In this document: one piece after another, positions 1 to 12,686 of the stretch
Layout: every line of letters starts with the position of its first letter
Position numbering within the stretch: the first letter of the stretch is position 1
DNA from: Chrysomallon squamiferum
Taxonomy: Eukaryota > Animalia > Mollusca
Direction: 5' to 3'
DNA length: 64,000 nt
NCBI GenBank assembly: GCA_012295275.1
Contig: CM022677.1
Location: 9,672,001 to 9,736,000 of the forward strand
Position numbers and translations under genes: made by a program
Notes under the pieces: model-generated
Database searches by the model: none
What the model was told of the DNA's origin: nothing
The model's input: the letters and a program-made list of their open reading frames with translations, nothing else

Positions 1-330
1 TAGTACAATTACTTATGTCATTATAAAAACTAAAAGCACAATTAAAGTTTTCTTTAGTTACTATTAATCACATTTAATAACTAAATTCAGAATTAAAGTT
101 TGCTTTATTTACATTCAACTAGATCATAAAACCAAAACCAGAATTAAAGTTTTCTTTACTTACAATTCATTATGTCATTATGAAAACTAAAAGCACAATT
201 AAAATTTTCTCTAGTTAGAATTAATCATATATAATAACTAAATTCAGAATTAAAGTTTGCTTTATTTACATTTAACTAGATCATTAAACCGAAACCAGAA
301 TTAACTTGTTGTTTTAGTTACTATTAATTA
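1..330. repeat. Degenerate tandem repeat, about 157-bp unit made of about 52-bp subunits
   Basis: tacaatt...tatgtcattat..aaactaaaagcacaattaaa recurs at 4 and 161; aattaaagttt recurs roughly every 52 bp. Confidence 0.8.
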
Positions 331-616
331 TGCATATATAAAAAGAAATAATAAATAATATTTATCTAGTCTGATCTAGATCAAATTAATTATGTCTGTT
401 ATAAAAACCAAAACAAAAATAAATAAATTACAACTAAACAACCTCCTAGAGAAAAATTTGTTTACAAGAATTGAGAACTTCACAGTTCTAGTTTTTGGAG
501 TGTTAGTCTGGCTAATCTTAATCAAATTTAAGTCATCAATTCATAGTTTATTCTTTTTTAAACAGAATATCAGATCCCAGTTAAAAAGACATAACAGTGT
601 TTATCACATAATATTA

Positions 617-667
<51 letters not shown>

Positions 668-3600
668 TTTTTTTGTAGTTTTTTTCAAATAGTATTAAAC
701 ATAAAAGATTATAAGGTAAATATCTCAATTATTCCTTTTTATGGCTTACAATTTAGGTCCACCAGAAAATGAAATACAGTATTGATAACTAAAAATTTTG
801 AAAAACCCCACCCAAAAAACAAAACAAAACAAAAAAACAGAAGAAAAACTAAATTTTCATAGTGATAAACTGTCCCACAGGCACGACTGTACATACCAGA
901 CTTTGATACACAAGTCAAGCATATCCATTTTGAAATTCCTTTTAAAGTCAAAACTAGAAATTTAAACACAGAATGCTATATTAGATAAATACAGTCACTT
1001 GCTGGCTGTATTATCATGTAGAGAAGTGTTAAGTGTGTGTAGATAAGTGCGAGGTAAAGAAGATACATGTAAATAGATGGTACACCACTTGCTTGTAGAT
1101 AATTGTGGAGGCTGGGGGTTTAGGCTATCATGGAATTTACAGCTATCTCTTCATCCCCCACAGATTAAAGTAAATTGCTTTTCAATTAACTTCAGAGTTT
1201 ACACAGTTTATTTTTTAAAAATACATTTTTCTGTAGAATGTTATATCAAAATACTCACAGTTTTTAATTCTCTTATTTTCTATTTCTGTATCATCTACAT
1301 AAATGAAGAAATACTTTAAAAAAGACAACAGATAACTAAAAAAAAAAATCGAGCACTTTTTTAAATTAATGAGGATTATTTTACATTTCAGGTTTTCCAC
1401 TTTTAATATAAAGCATTATATCAACATTAGTACAGAAAAGCTTATCCTGAACAAATAATGATTCTAATTAGTTAATTCAGTTTTTACTTTATTAAAACTG
1501 TATACTCTAAACGTGTAAATCTCATCAGTTATTCATGTTAAACTAACCCGTATATATTAAATTTTTTAAAAATATATTTGATTGTTACTGTCGTTTTTTT
1601 TTATTTGGGTGGGTTTTGTAAGGGAGGTAACACCATAACTGATTACTTCTATTCCTATTATTGTGTCAAAGATTATTATTAACACATTGGAATATTTTTA
1701 TTTTTGATAAAATGGTTGTTTTTGTGTGTGTGAGTTTGTCTTGTTTTTTAAGTGAGTTTTTTTTTTTTTTAATAACAGCTGGTTTTAAAACAAATACTTG
1801 AACAGCTTGACAATGTAACAATGCTTTGACTTACTGACATAGACAACCACCTTGTTAATCTGTGGATTAGGTGCTCCCACACGCTTTACTGAGCATTGTA
1901 AAAATACATTTTTTCTTTTTTTTTTTTCTTTTTTGGTAGGTTTTGCTATATAATTACATTGTTTTTCAAGCAGTCTAAGAGATAAAGTTGCCATTAATCC
2001 TATGTTCAAGTTGATTAGACCACAGTCTCTTTATAAAAACAGGATTAGTACTTAGTAATAATTGTTTATGGGATAAAATCCATTTTTGCCACAAGTGTGT
2101 ACATGCACCTCAACACATTTTGTTTTTAAATGTAAATTATACCCGATATTTGATAGTTCACTTCTGATCTTTCACACAATATAAAATACATCACACTATA
2201 CAGATGATGTCAAGACATAGGTTATACAAGCATATCGTGAATATGCCTGAAGTCACACCTCCATACTTGTATTACCCAACACTGACTTACTTGGGGCAAT
2301 GTAATAAAACCTCTGTCACAGATAGGTAACTAATAGGCGTATTTTTCAAATCTCTTTTATTATTATTATTATTATTTTATTTCATATATCTATCTATGTG
2401 AATGTTTTGGACTGAACTGGCTTTTAATTTAATTTGCTGGTTATAAAGAGTAAATGAACTGAAGAAATTGTTGGAGTATATATTGTATTCATCAGCTTTG
2501 CTTTAATAGATCTTCTTTGTAATTAACTAAAACCAAATAATGAAAAAATAACTTTATAATTTAATGGGTCACATATCTCTATGCATTTCACAAACTGGAG
2601 TTCATTGTTGCCCTTAGGTGTTGTGGTAGATGATTGGATGAATTTCCTGTTACCCATTATAAAAGCTACTTCCCTGCAGGAAACTATATTAAAAATCTCT
2701 TGCAAATAATAGTAATCAACAAATATAAACAGCATTTAATATTAAAAACCAAGAAACAGAATAACAAATTGAAATAAAGTAATGTTAAGTATTCCTCATT
2801 CAAACATTTTGTTTTTGCTATATTTTTAATTTATTCTTTCAAACATTCAGGAATATTTTACAAAAGATTTAAAATTACATATACATATATGATTAGATTG
2901 TTTTGATTTCCTGACTAATACTGCCAGTGTAACAGGAAATAATAGAAACATAACTGAAATAACTGCAGTTTAATTATATATTTATTACTGTATAAAGTAT
3001 GGTGCTGAAGCATGAAGAGGTATTCTTCAATTGTGAAAATCAAACAGATTTTGTCAAATAACTACAAATGTTCATTTTTCTTTATTACTGTCACTTACCA
3101 CAAGGCTAATTAAAGGCAGAAATTTATGATTTATCAGTTCAATAAAATACAACTTTTCTCACAGGGTAGCTATAGGCATTTTTATCTAATTGTTGAAAGT
3201 GTAAATAAAAACTAAATTTTTTAAATATGTGGCTTGTGAAAGCAAGAGCTGTCTGTAAAATAACAACTTTATTTATCTGACATTAACATTTGAGTAAAAT
3301 GTGGATGTATACATATGCAGCTATATTTTCTTGAATCTGAATAAATGGACATGTTTCATTTTATTATGCCAGACTTTTTTACCATCTCTGAAAAAACTGC
3401 TGCAAATACTGTTCATCTTAGTTTTTGCATCATTTGTAAAATTTTATTTTGTGTCATCAATGTCACATAATATTCATTAAAAAGAGTAATTCTAACTGTG
3501 TGAACTACATCATGCTCCCTTATATTTTCATTATTTAAATGTAGAAAATAATTTATATTTTTCTTGAATAAGAGACACTGATATGGTTGCATTATGTTTT

Positions 3601-5817
3601 ATAAATCAGTTTCTTCTGAAATAACAAACTCATTCACAATGATGCATTGCGAAGTGATTTGTCAAAATTATTTTTGATGAGCTGGATAATGTTGGCAATT
3701 TTTGTTTTTTCATCATGATTTTCTTTTACTTTCTGAGAAATTCATGCTCATACTTCATATTTATCATGTGTCTTGATGCATGCTTAGACAGGCTCTGGTG
3801 TCACACCATTCTGCTCACCTGATAAATGATATACTAGATACAATTACAACTACAACGTACAGCTGGAAATGATATCAGTGAACATACAGCTATATGAAAT
3901 AATACAACGGTATTATACTATAAAAAACAGGTGTTACAGAGAGAAATAAAACAGATTTTACATGTATATATATATTTTTGATTTTTTTTCCGCAAAAAAT
4001 AAAACAATAACATTTTTTTAAATTGTTTTAAACACTTTACTGAAATTCTTTAAATACGTGAAGCAGACAATCCATTTTATTACTCTGACATATTTAACAT
4101 GTAAGGTTGGTTATACAATACAGAATTATATGTCAAAATAGTCACTAATTATATTGGGTTCAAATTAGATAAATAATTCCTTTCTCTCAGTATCACCTCA
4201 TGTAGTTAATTATGAGTTGAATAAAAACAATTATTAATTAATTGAATGTGTTCTTTTTGTTTATTATTTTATTTTTAAACATTTTTTAAAAACATTTATG
4301 ATTTTTGTGCAAACAGAATTAATTAAAATTATTACTAATATTTCATTTAAAAATAGATGTTATGTTTTCTTTCATTTTTCAAACTTTATTCATTATATAG
4401 ACAGATTTCAAAAATGCATCATTTACTTAATATTTAAAAATAAATAAATAATTTACAACTGATTTGTTCTCTAGCTATTTTTTTATTTATGTCAAGCACA
4501 TAAAATGTATGTTACAAAACCCCAAATGTAAACATTAACAAATTCACCCTCAAAAGCTTCAGATGAAACAGATTTATATAATCTGCATCTTTTTCACAAT
4601 TTATCCTGCAATTCCTGATTTATATTAGTAATGTCAATTAATACAAAACAATTCACTTTCTTAACTGGACATATGACCATTTTTTTTTATACAAATGACA
4701 GAAAAAAAGAAAGAGATGGAGAAAAAAGTTATATTTCTCTCTCTCTGAGTTAGTACTATTTAATGAATTTTTTATTTGTTTGTTTATGTTAATTGTAGCT
4801 CATTCTATAGCAGATGTTACAACTAATACTTAATTTCAATACACTAGAATCAAAGCTTTACGGTTCAGTGAATTTCCATTTCAGCTTATATAATTTGAGA
4901 ATTTATAACTTGTAGCTTGTATTTAGACATTATGCAATAATATGACACTATATTATTGTCAGTTATAACACACATACTTCATCACATCTCAAAAGCACGT
5001 TATTTACTTCACACAAAGATTTCTATTTTTTTTATAGTAAGACCAAGGGTTATTTTATATGCACACCCCCATACTATGGGCACAGATCTTTTATAGCACT
5101 TCCCTCTCTATGGGCATATATCTTTTATAAAACTGTGCTCGTAAAACTGACATTTCGGACATGTACTCTAACCACTTATCTATAGAACTATTAATGCAAC
5201 TACATATTAATGAAATACTAACTTATATAATATATAAATGTTTTATTTTTACACACACACACACACACACAGGTGTGCAACAAATATACCAAGGTCTCTA
5301 TTCTTTCTTTTCTTCAGTTTACAAATATATATTCAACATTATGTATAAATATTTAAAAAATAAAAAAGTTATATATAAATAAATCAATAAATAAAATGAG
5401 GTTGCAACCGATATAATAGAAAATAAGGTAACATTGTCATCACAGTGAATTGTGTTTACATCTTTATGATAACTGGTTATTAGGAAACAAGCTGTTTGTG
5501 GTAGAAACGGTACATTTCACGTTTTATTTCAAATGGTTGTCATTACTTTCAAGTGATACCATTTAAGACAGTGATATGTTTACAATGTAATCCTAGAGAT
5601 TTCTGGTATTCCTTCAGCAGTGTCACCTGACCAGGCCCTTGGCCAATGTTACGCTTCAAAACGTGAAAACTACAATGTAAACAAACTATTCCGTTTGATT
5701 TTTTTTTTTTTTTTTTTTTTGTAGATTGTTCAGACTGCTCAGCTACGGAAATCGCCTAATAACTGTAATGCTATAAACAATGAAAGACTGTACACTAAAA
5801 TGACCACAGTGTAAAAA

Positions 5818-6210
5818 ATGTATGACAAATGGACAACTATACATTTTAAGAGGCCATTTCGGCCATTCGCCATGTTGTTTTTCTGCGAGTTGAGGTCACG
5901 GGTGAACATTTGTTCCGACCTTTTTTGTGAAGAAAAAAAAAGAGATGACCTACCTTGTTGTAATACACCTGAGCACAAAACTGCTACGGTTTGGAGGCAG
6001 AACAAAAGGGGAACCGACGACGCCATATATTTTGATTCATGTGGATAATTTAAGCAAAAACCAGCAAGAAAATTCACTGATATACGTAGAGTGCCTCATA
6101 CTTGGGTATGAATACATCCACTGAACCGTATCACAACCCGCACTGTTTAGCACTACGCCAGTAGTTGGAAGTGGTGACCGACTTTTTTAAGGCTACGTGT
6201 GGCTAGGCTG
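5818..6210 (+). mobile_element. Possible Polinton/Maverick adenain-like protease remnant
   Basis: DDLPCCNTPEHK...W...AIYFDSCG resembles xxNT..H..G.HW...YFDSxG. The segment is locally richer in GC and CpG and is interrupted by stops. Confidence 0.3.
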
Positions 6211-6593
6211 TGATTAGCAATAGCTCACATATGACTTATATAGGACACACCAGTGTTAATGTTATAAGTGATTTTGAAAAAAAAGAGAGACTTAGAATAC
6301 ATTTGATATTAGCAGTTTTTCTGGACTCCATTACTGGCATGTTCTCTTTTAAGTATCACCAGTATTATGCCCACGTATGGCCAATATCTGAGACTGCAGA
6401 ATCAAAGAAACCTTAAATTCAGTTATTAATACGATATGAAAATGTTATAGTTAGGTCAGTTTATAATTTCCGTGAATGTAAACTGGTTTATTCTTAGTAT
6501 ATAAAATTATCATAAATTATGCAGAATATGCCAATATAATAATAAACCGTGATTTTTGTGCAACTGATTCAAAGAAAACCGTTTTTTTTTTTT

Positions 6594-6624
<31 letters not shown>

Positions 6625-6660
6625 GTGGCGTGGTCTTTTATTTATATATATATATATATA

Positions 6661-6712
<52 letters not shown>

Positions 6713-7919
6713 TGTTATTATTACCAGGGTTTTTTTTTTTTTTTGTGTGTGTGTGATCTTTCAGTGCACTGCTCTGACCATACTAAAGTTCAGTCGGGAA
6801 ACCCTGTACCAGAATGAATCCTATATTGATAAAAAAATATATATGTTTACCTACACTGACAGAATTATATAAAAGGTGTCTACATACATACATATATATG
6901 CACACATAATATATGTGTGTGTGTGTGTGGATAGATAGATAGATATAGCTATAGATATAGATATAAAAAAACAGGAGAAATGTTTAGCAGAAAGCCACGA
7001 TGTGTTTGTTTGCACGTGTTTGTGTGTGTGTGTGTGTGTGTGAATGAAGGTTGTAAATATGATCAAGGAATTTATTTTTGTCCCTCTGCAAGTGTCCTTA
7101 TCACAGTTATCCTCTGATCAGAGGAACAAAAATAACATTTTTTTTTATTGATATAAATATACATACATATATATATATATATAAAACACAAAAATGATCT
7201 AGTATTGCAATGTACCTAACACACATATATATATATATTGCAACATCTTAATATATGTGAATAAAGCTGAAAATTGTAATCTGTGTAATATCATTATTAT
7301 ATAATATCTTGGTATCTGTTTAATATGTATGATGTAGTTGTATAATAGTTCTAATATCTGTATATCTGTATAATATCTATAATAGATCCGATTTTTAATA
7401 TCAATACTATCTGTGTAATATTTCTAATATTTCTAATATAATCTATAATATCTAGGTATCTGGATAATCGTCTATTAATATGCAGCCAATCTAAATATGA
7501 TGTCATTGCATCTTCCGCGTTCTTTTAAACATAATCGCCATCTTTGATATAGCTAGTTATTTGGCACCCTAAGGGTTTACAATCCATTTTTATGTCAGAC
7601 GATCACCGCGCGAACAACTTACTAAGTGTAAAACATTAACGAATTTCGAAATAAGTAATTACACCTGTCACATAACAAGAAGCATACTTGCGTGTCTTGT
7701 TGTTTTTTTTTTATCAGTTCAATGTTATTGCCACAAGGTACGTAACGTTATTTTAAAGTTATTTCCAGTTCCACATGTACTCCAAGCTATACAGTGCAGT
7801 GACTTTGCTGCTAATCAAAATGAGCATGACAGAGCTGATGTATGTTGGAAAAATTTAAATACAAATATGATAATTACCTAGTGATCTCAGATTAATATAA
7901 AGCTATTCATAACTGACGC

Positions 7920-7976
<57 letters not shown>

Positions 7977-10315
7977 ACAGGAACTGTCATTTAAAATAAT
8001 AATAATAATAAATAAAAGTAAAACAGGAAAGGCCCTCGCACAAGACAGACGTTATCACACATACCAACACAATGACATAATCATACATATAGCCAAACGG
8101 ACGTACAAAATTACACACACAAACATTGACACATGAGCGTTAACTGAAATAACAAAACTGCATACTACAAGTTTATAATAACATACTCTCTCAAAAAAGA
8201 AACGCATTATACAAAAAGGCATTATTTCATTATTTATGACCGTATCACAGTAAATTGTGATATGAGCAAGTGACTGTTCTTTCTACAGTCTGCAGCATAC
8301 CTTAAAAGCGGAAATTACGTTATTATTTCATAACAAACCAAAATGTTAGCTATTAATAGAACAGTTTAACGTAAACGTATTTTCCGTCAGGTTAATTATT
8401 TATCTCCTTCCCAAGTATTTAAAGAGTGAAACTTATTTTTATATGACCAAATTAACAACAAAAGAAAAAGAAAAAGCAAGAAAGTGGAAAGTAAAAGAAA
8501 AATGTAATAAAAGTATCAAAGAAAAACAAAAATTAAATAATAATAATAATAATAATAGAACTGAAACATAATTGTTTTTACGTTATTTTGGCTCGTTTGT
8601 AATATTTATTATAATGGACCCGTTAAATTAAATCATCATCATCATTTTTTAATTGTTTTATTTCTTTATTTATGTTTTGAATTTTATATTTGAATTCCCG
8701 CCCCCTCCCCCCGATTGTCAGAGAATACAAATGTGATCTTCAACTGATCAGTGAACGCTAAACTATCCGTTAGTCTGTACGGTTTCACATATTAGTTTAC
8801 ATATGAGTAACATAACTTACACCAAAATAAAATAAAATGAGAATAAGAAGAATTTTTTTTTTTTTTTTTTTTTTTTGTTAAATTTAAAACATTTGACCTG
8901 AACAGTTCTAAACTGATATGTTAAGAGAATAAACAATTATTTCTTTTATTTTACAATCAACAGTACTTTGTAAATAAATAATACATAATTTATCGAAGTA
9001 AACAAAGTTCAGTCAGAGAAAAAATTATTTTGTCGCTAATTAGTGTGATTGCTGGATGTGTGTGTGTGGATGGGTGTGAGTGGGTGTCAGCAATATCTTT
9101 CAGATTTTATCAGAATGAAAAGAGAAATATGTGTAGAAATAGCAGAGTGATTTATCTTACAAATAAACTTAAAATATTTCTTAATACCAGTATTAACCAG
9201 GTTTTCTCTTGTATTGTTTATTTTGTTTTGTTTTTGTTTGTTTGTTGTTGTTTTATTTTTTCATTATTATCTTCTTGTTATTATTAATTGCTTTTACTTA
9301 TTATTATTATTATTTTATTATTATTATTATTTTATTTCCTTCAGATATCTATTTCATATTGCAAGCATTACGTGGTGTAACGGAAGTACATGAATAAACT
9401 GATTATGTGTTACTAAAACAATCTGTTCTAATATGGTCACTAATGGAGCCTATGTTGGTCGTTTGTATTTGAGTGACCTTATTTAAACAAACAAAACAAA
9501 TATAAAATTCTGAATCTAAACATCGATACTAGGCTGTCGATTAGTGATGATACCATTGCGTAAACACGTCTCTGCGTGTAGCATTCTGCTCAGAACACAA
9601 CTGCAATGTCGTCCAACGTCGTTATTAATCGCTAAATTTGGGTGCACGAGCACTAGGAAGCGACGGGAATTTACGCAAGGTAATCTGTTGACCTAGAAAT
9701 TTATTTTATTTAAAATCAAATCAAACAAAGAGAGAGATGATGCTGTTAAGAAGATGATAACTTTTTTTAATGAAAACTAAATGTATTCTTTAATAATAAT
9801 TCATACCTCTAGTTGAGACAATAAACAAATTTAAAAAAGAAAGAAAGACTGAAAAAAGTGAAAAGAAGAAAGAAAAGAAGAACAAATGAAAGAAAAGAAA
9901 GGAATGGTTTGGAAGATTTCGTTCACTCAAATGTATGAGAGCCTAGTAAGAGGAGACGCTGATTCTGAGTATAAAGTATATCTTGTCTGGCATCGTAGAA
10001 TTCAAAACATGGGTAAATTTCCTAGTGAAAGATATACCTGTTGATAACAGTAAATTGTCTTGGATCAACTTGTTAAACTTACTTTTATGTCAACACAAAA
10101 ATCACTTTAATAACGATTCGTATGTTGTTGATTTTTTATTTTTGTGTGTATGTGTTTAATACCGTTTGTTTATTTCATTTTACAGCAAATAAATAAAAAA
10201 TAAAAAGTTTCTTTTGGTCAGAATAAATCGGAAAACCATCTGTAGAGAAAATTGTTAAAACAATTATTGTTGACAAATTTTGCTCGATTTAAATAAATAA
10301 ATAAGTTCCTTTTTA

Positions 10316-10349
<34 letters not shown>

Positions 10350-12258
10350 GTTTCTTGCAAGATTATTCATCCTGACTATGCCACAATACTACTTTTCCGT
10401 TCCAACTTTATCGGTTAAAAAAAAAAAACAACAACAACAACAACGAAATAGGTATGTAACGTAATATTTGATCCGTCAGTATATGTACTGCGTAACTGAT
10501 TCTGGTAAATCATGAATAACCAATCTAGATTTAAAATGAAATTTTGACGCGACTATAAAACATCAAATTACCTTCCGTAGTTCACAAGCCTAATAAAAAA
10601 AATTGGGCTGTGATTTAAGATCGTTACGCATAATCGGATGACATTCACTGCTGCATAACAGTAAATCATTTATAACAATTACAGTATCAGCTCATGGATT
10701 TAAAGAAGAAATCCAATGTAAAAACAAAGACGCAAAAATCATGTTAGTTAATAACAGTTAATAAACCATTATATGCAGATAATGTTAACAAAAGGATTAA
10801 TAAAACCTATTCTGTTAATAAAACACTAAAAGTTATTAGTTAAACTTACATCAACTGTTAGTAAAAGTATATGCAAAAAATAACAATAACAGTTAATAAA
10901 TAGATAGGGTAATAAATACTGTGTGTACTCACCATTTATTCTGATGATAATATAAATTATAAAAAGTTATAAAGATTATCTTGCAAGGACTCAGTCTTTA
11001 CAATATTCTTTGTATATTTATGGATGAATCATAATTATATTCTGGAACAAAGATTTTAAAACTAGTTACTTACTGTCCTATCCATTTTAAAAACAAATCA
11101 TATCTGAACAGTCATCTCTAGTATTTGATAGAATTTAAAAATATTCATGATGTAAGCATTATATGAATTTTACGTTTTGACAAAAATGTATCATTTCAAT
11201 TGTTTAATAAACTCTTAATTGACAAAACTGAACTCGTTTAGCTTTGTAACATTTTTTTTCCAGATAAAAGGAAGAATCTGTGCACGGAATCTCTAACACT
11301 TTAGAAAAAAACTATTTGGATTCCTTAAAACCCAAGGCTGCAGCTATATGCAACAAACAGTGCATCTTTATTTGTTAAAAGAAATCACAAAGACACACAT
11401 TCTTCTTTACGTGCTGTACTTGCTATAGACTTCACTGAAAAGAAACTTTGACAGTGTGTGTCAGCTGTAAACCAGAGGGAAGCAGTTCTAAGAGAAGGTA
11501 TTTATTAATAAGTCAGCGAACCCTCTTTTACATACATTATATCAAATTAGTTTCTATCATTTCCTATGCGAGGGTATGAAAGATTAACCGATTCAAACCT
11601 AAGTTTGATAACTTAATTAAAAATACCTTTAAACATTTCATTAAATCAGTGATATCTTCAGTGCAAAAGGCATCCTTTCAGGGTATTATATGACAAAGGA
11701 TCAAAGAAATAAAAACATTATTTTACCTTCCAAGCCAAGCTGATAAAACTAACAAGGAAGCAAAATGTATCGACGGTAGTGATTTATTGATCAGTTTTAC
11801 TAGCCCTGTTTCGTTGACACGTTTTGTAGCAGTAGATAATGTATCTTTTTATTTTATTTTTTATTGTCAAATGAAGACGTATACTATACCAATTAAAAGA
11901 AAAGCAATCCCAAATGTAAAAAGAAAAACCTTTTTGTAGATATTTATAACAGTGTAAAAGATACTGCATTCCAAAATAAAATTAAAAAATTAAAAAATTA
12001 AAGAAAAAATCATCCTTACATCTTCAAAAACATATTTTAAGAGAAATCCCTATCAAAGTTGCATTATCTATTCAGTAAAGTGTTCTTTTCATGAAAAACT
12101 TAATAGAGCTAACTATTACGGTTTAGGCCTGTTTTAATCAATAGATGAACATGAGATTATATCTGAATAAGAATTGTCGTTCGTTTATATGTAATTTTTA
12201 AAATTATTTTTATGTTTACTTCTGCAGACCACTACAGAAGATTTATCGTTCGCGAGAG

Positions 12259-12308
<50 letters not shown>

Positions 12309-12492
12309 GATTTATTTATTTTGTTAATGTTTTATTTTATTTTATTTTATTATTATTATTTTTTTTTTCAAGAATCGGGCTTTACCGCTTCACTTCAAAT
12401 GATTATTAAACAGTAACTACTGGGGTTATTTGTAAAATATAAAGCAGAAAGTGAAGAACTCAAGAAGATAGCTCTAACTGCTCCATTTAAAT

Positions 12493-12686
12493 AATCTATT
12501 CAGCGTAATCGACAGTTTTCGTATCTTTTCTTTCTAGTTCATTTGTTATTTTTACCTCTTTCCATGTTTCGCTTTAGTTTCGGAATTTCAATTCTATTCA
12601 GCATAATCGACAGTTTTCGTACCTTTACTTTCTAGTATTCATTTTTACCTATTTCCCCGTTTCGCTTTATTTTCGGAATTTCAATT
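12493..12686. repeat. Tandem duplication, 2 x about 95 bp
   Basis: tctattcagc.taatcgacagttttcgta...tttcggaatttcaatt occurs twice. Confidence 0.85.

Noticed and set aside
392-772. 126-aa ORF, and similar ORFs at 6549, 9030, 21301, 21534, 33349 and 47240
   Set aside because: These are translations of microsatellites (IYIY, LLLL, RERE, CVCV), not genes.
760-3900. Several exon-like minus-strand fragments
   Set aside because: Interrupted by stops with no recognisable motifs; possibly old pseudogene or transposon debris.
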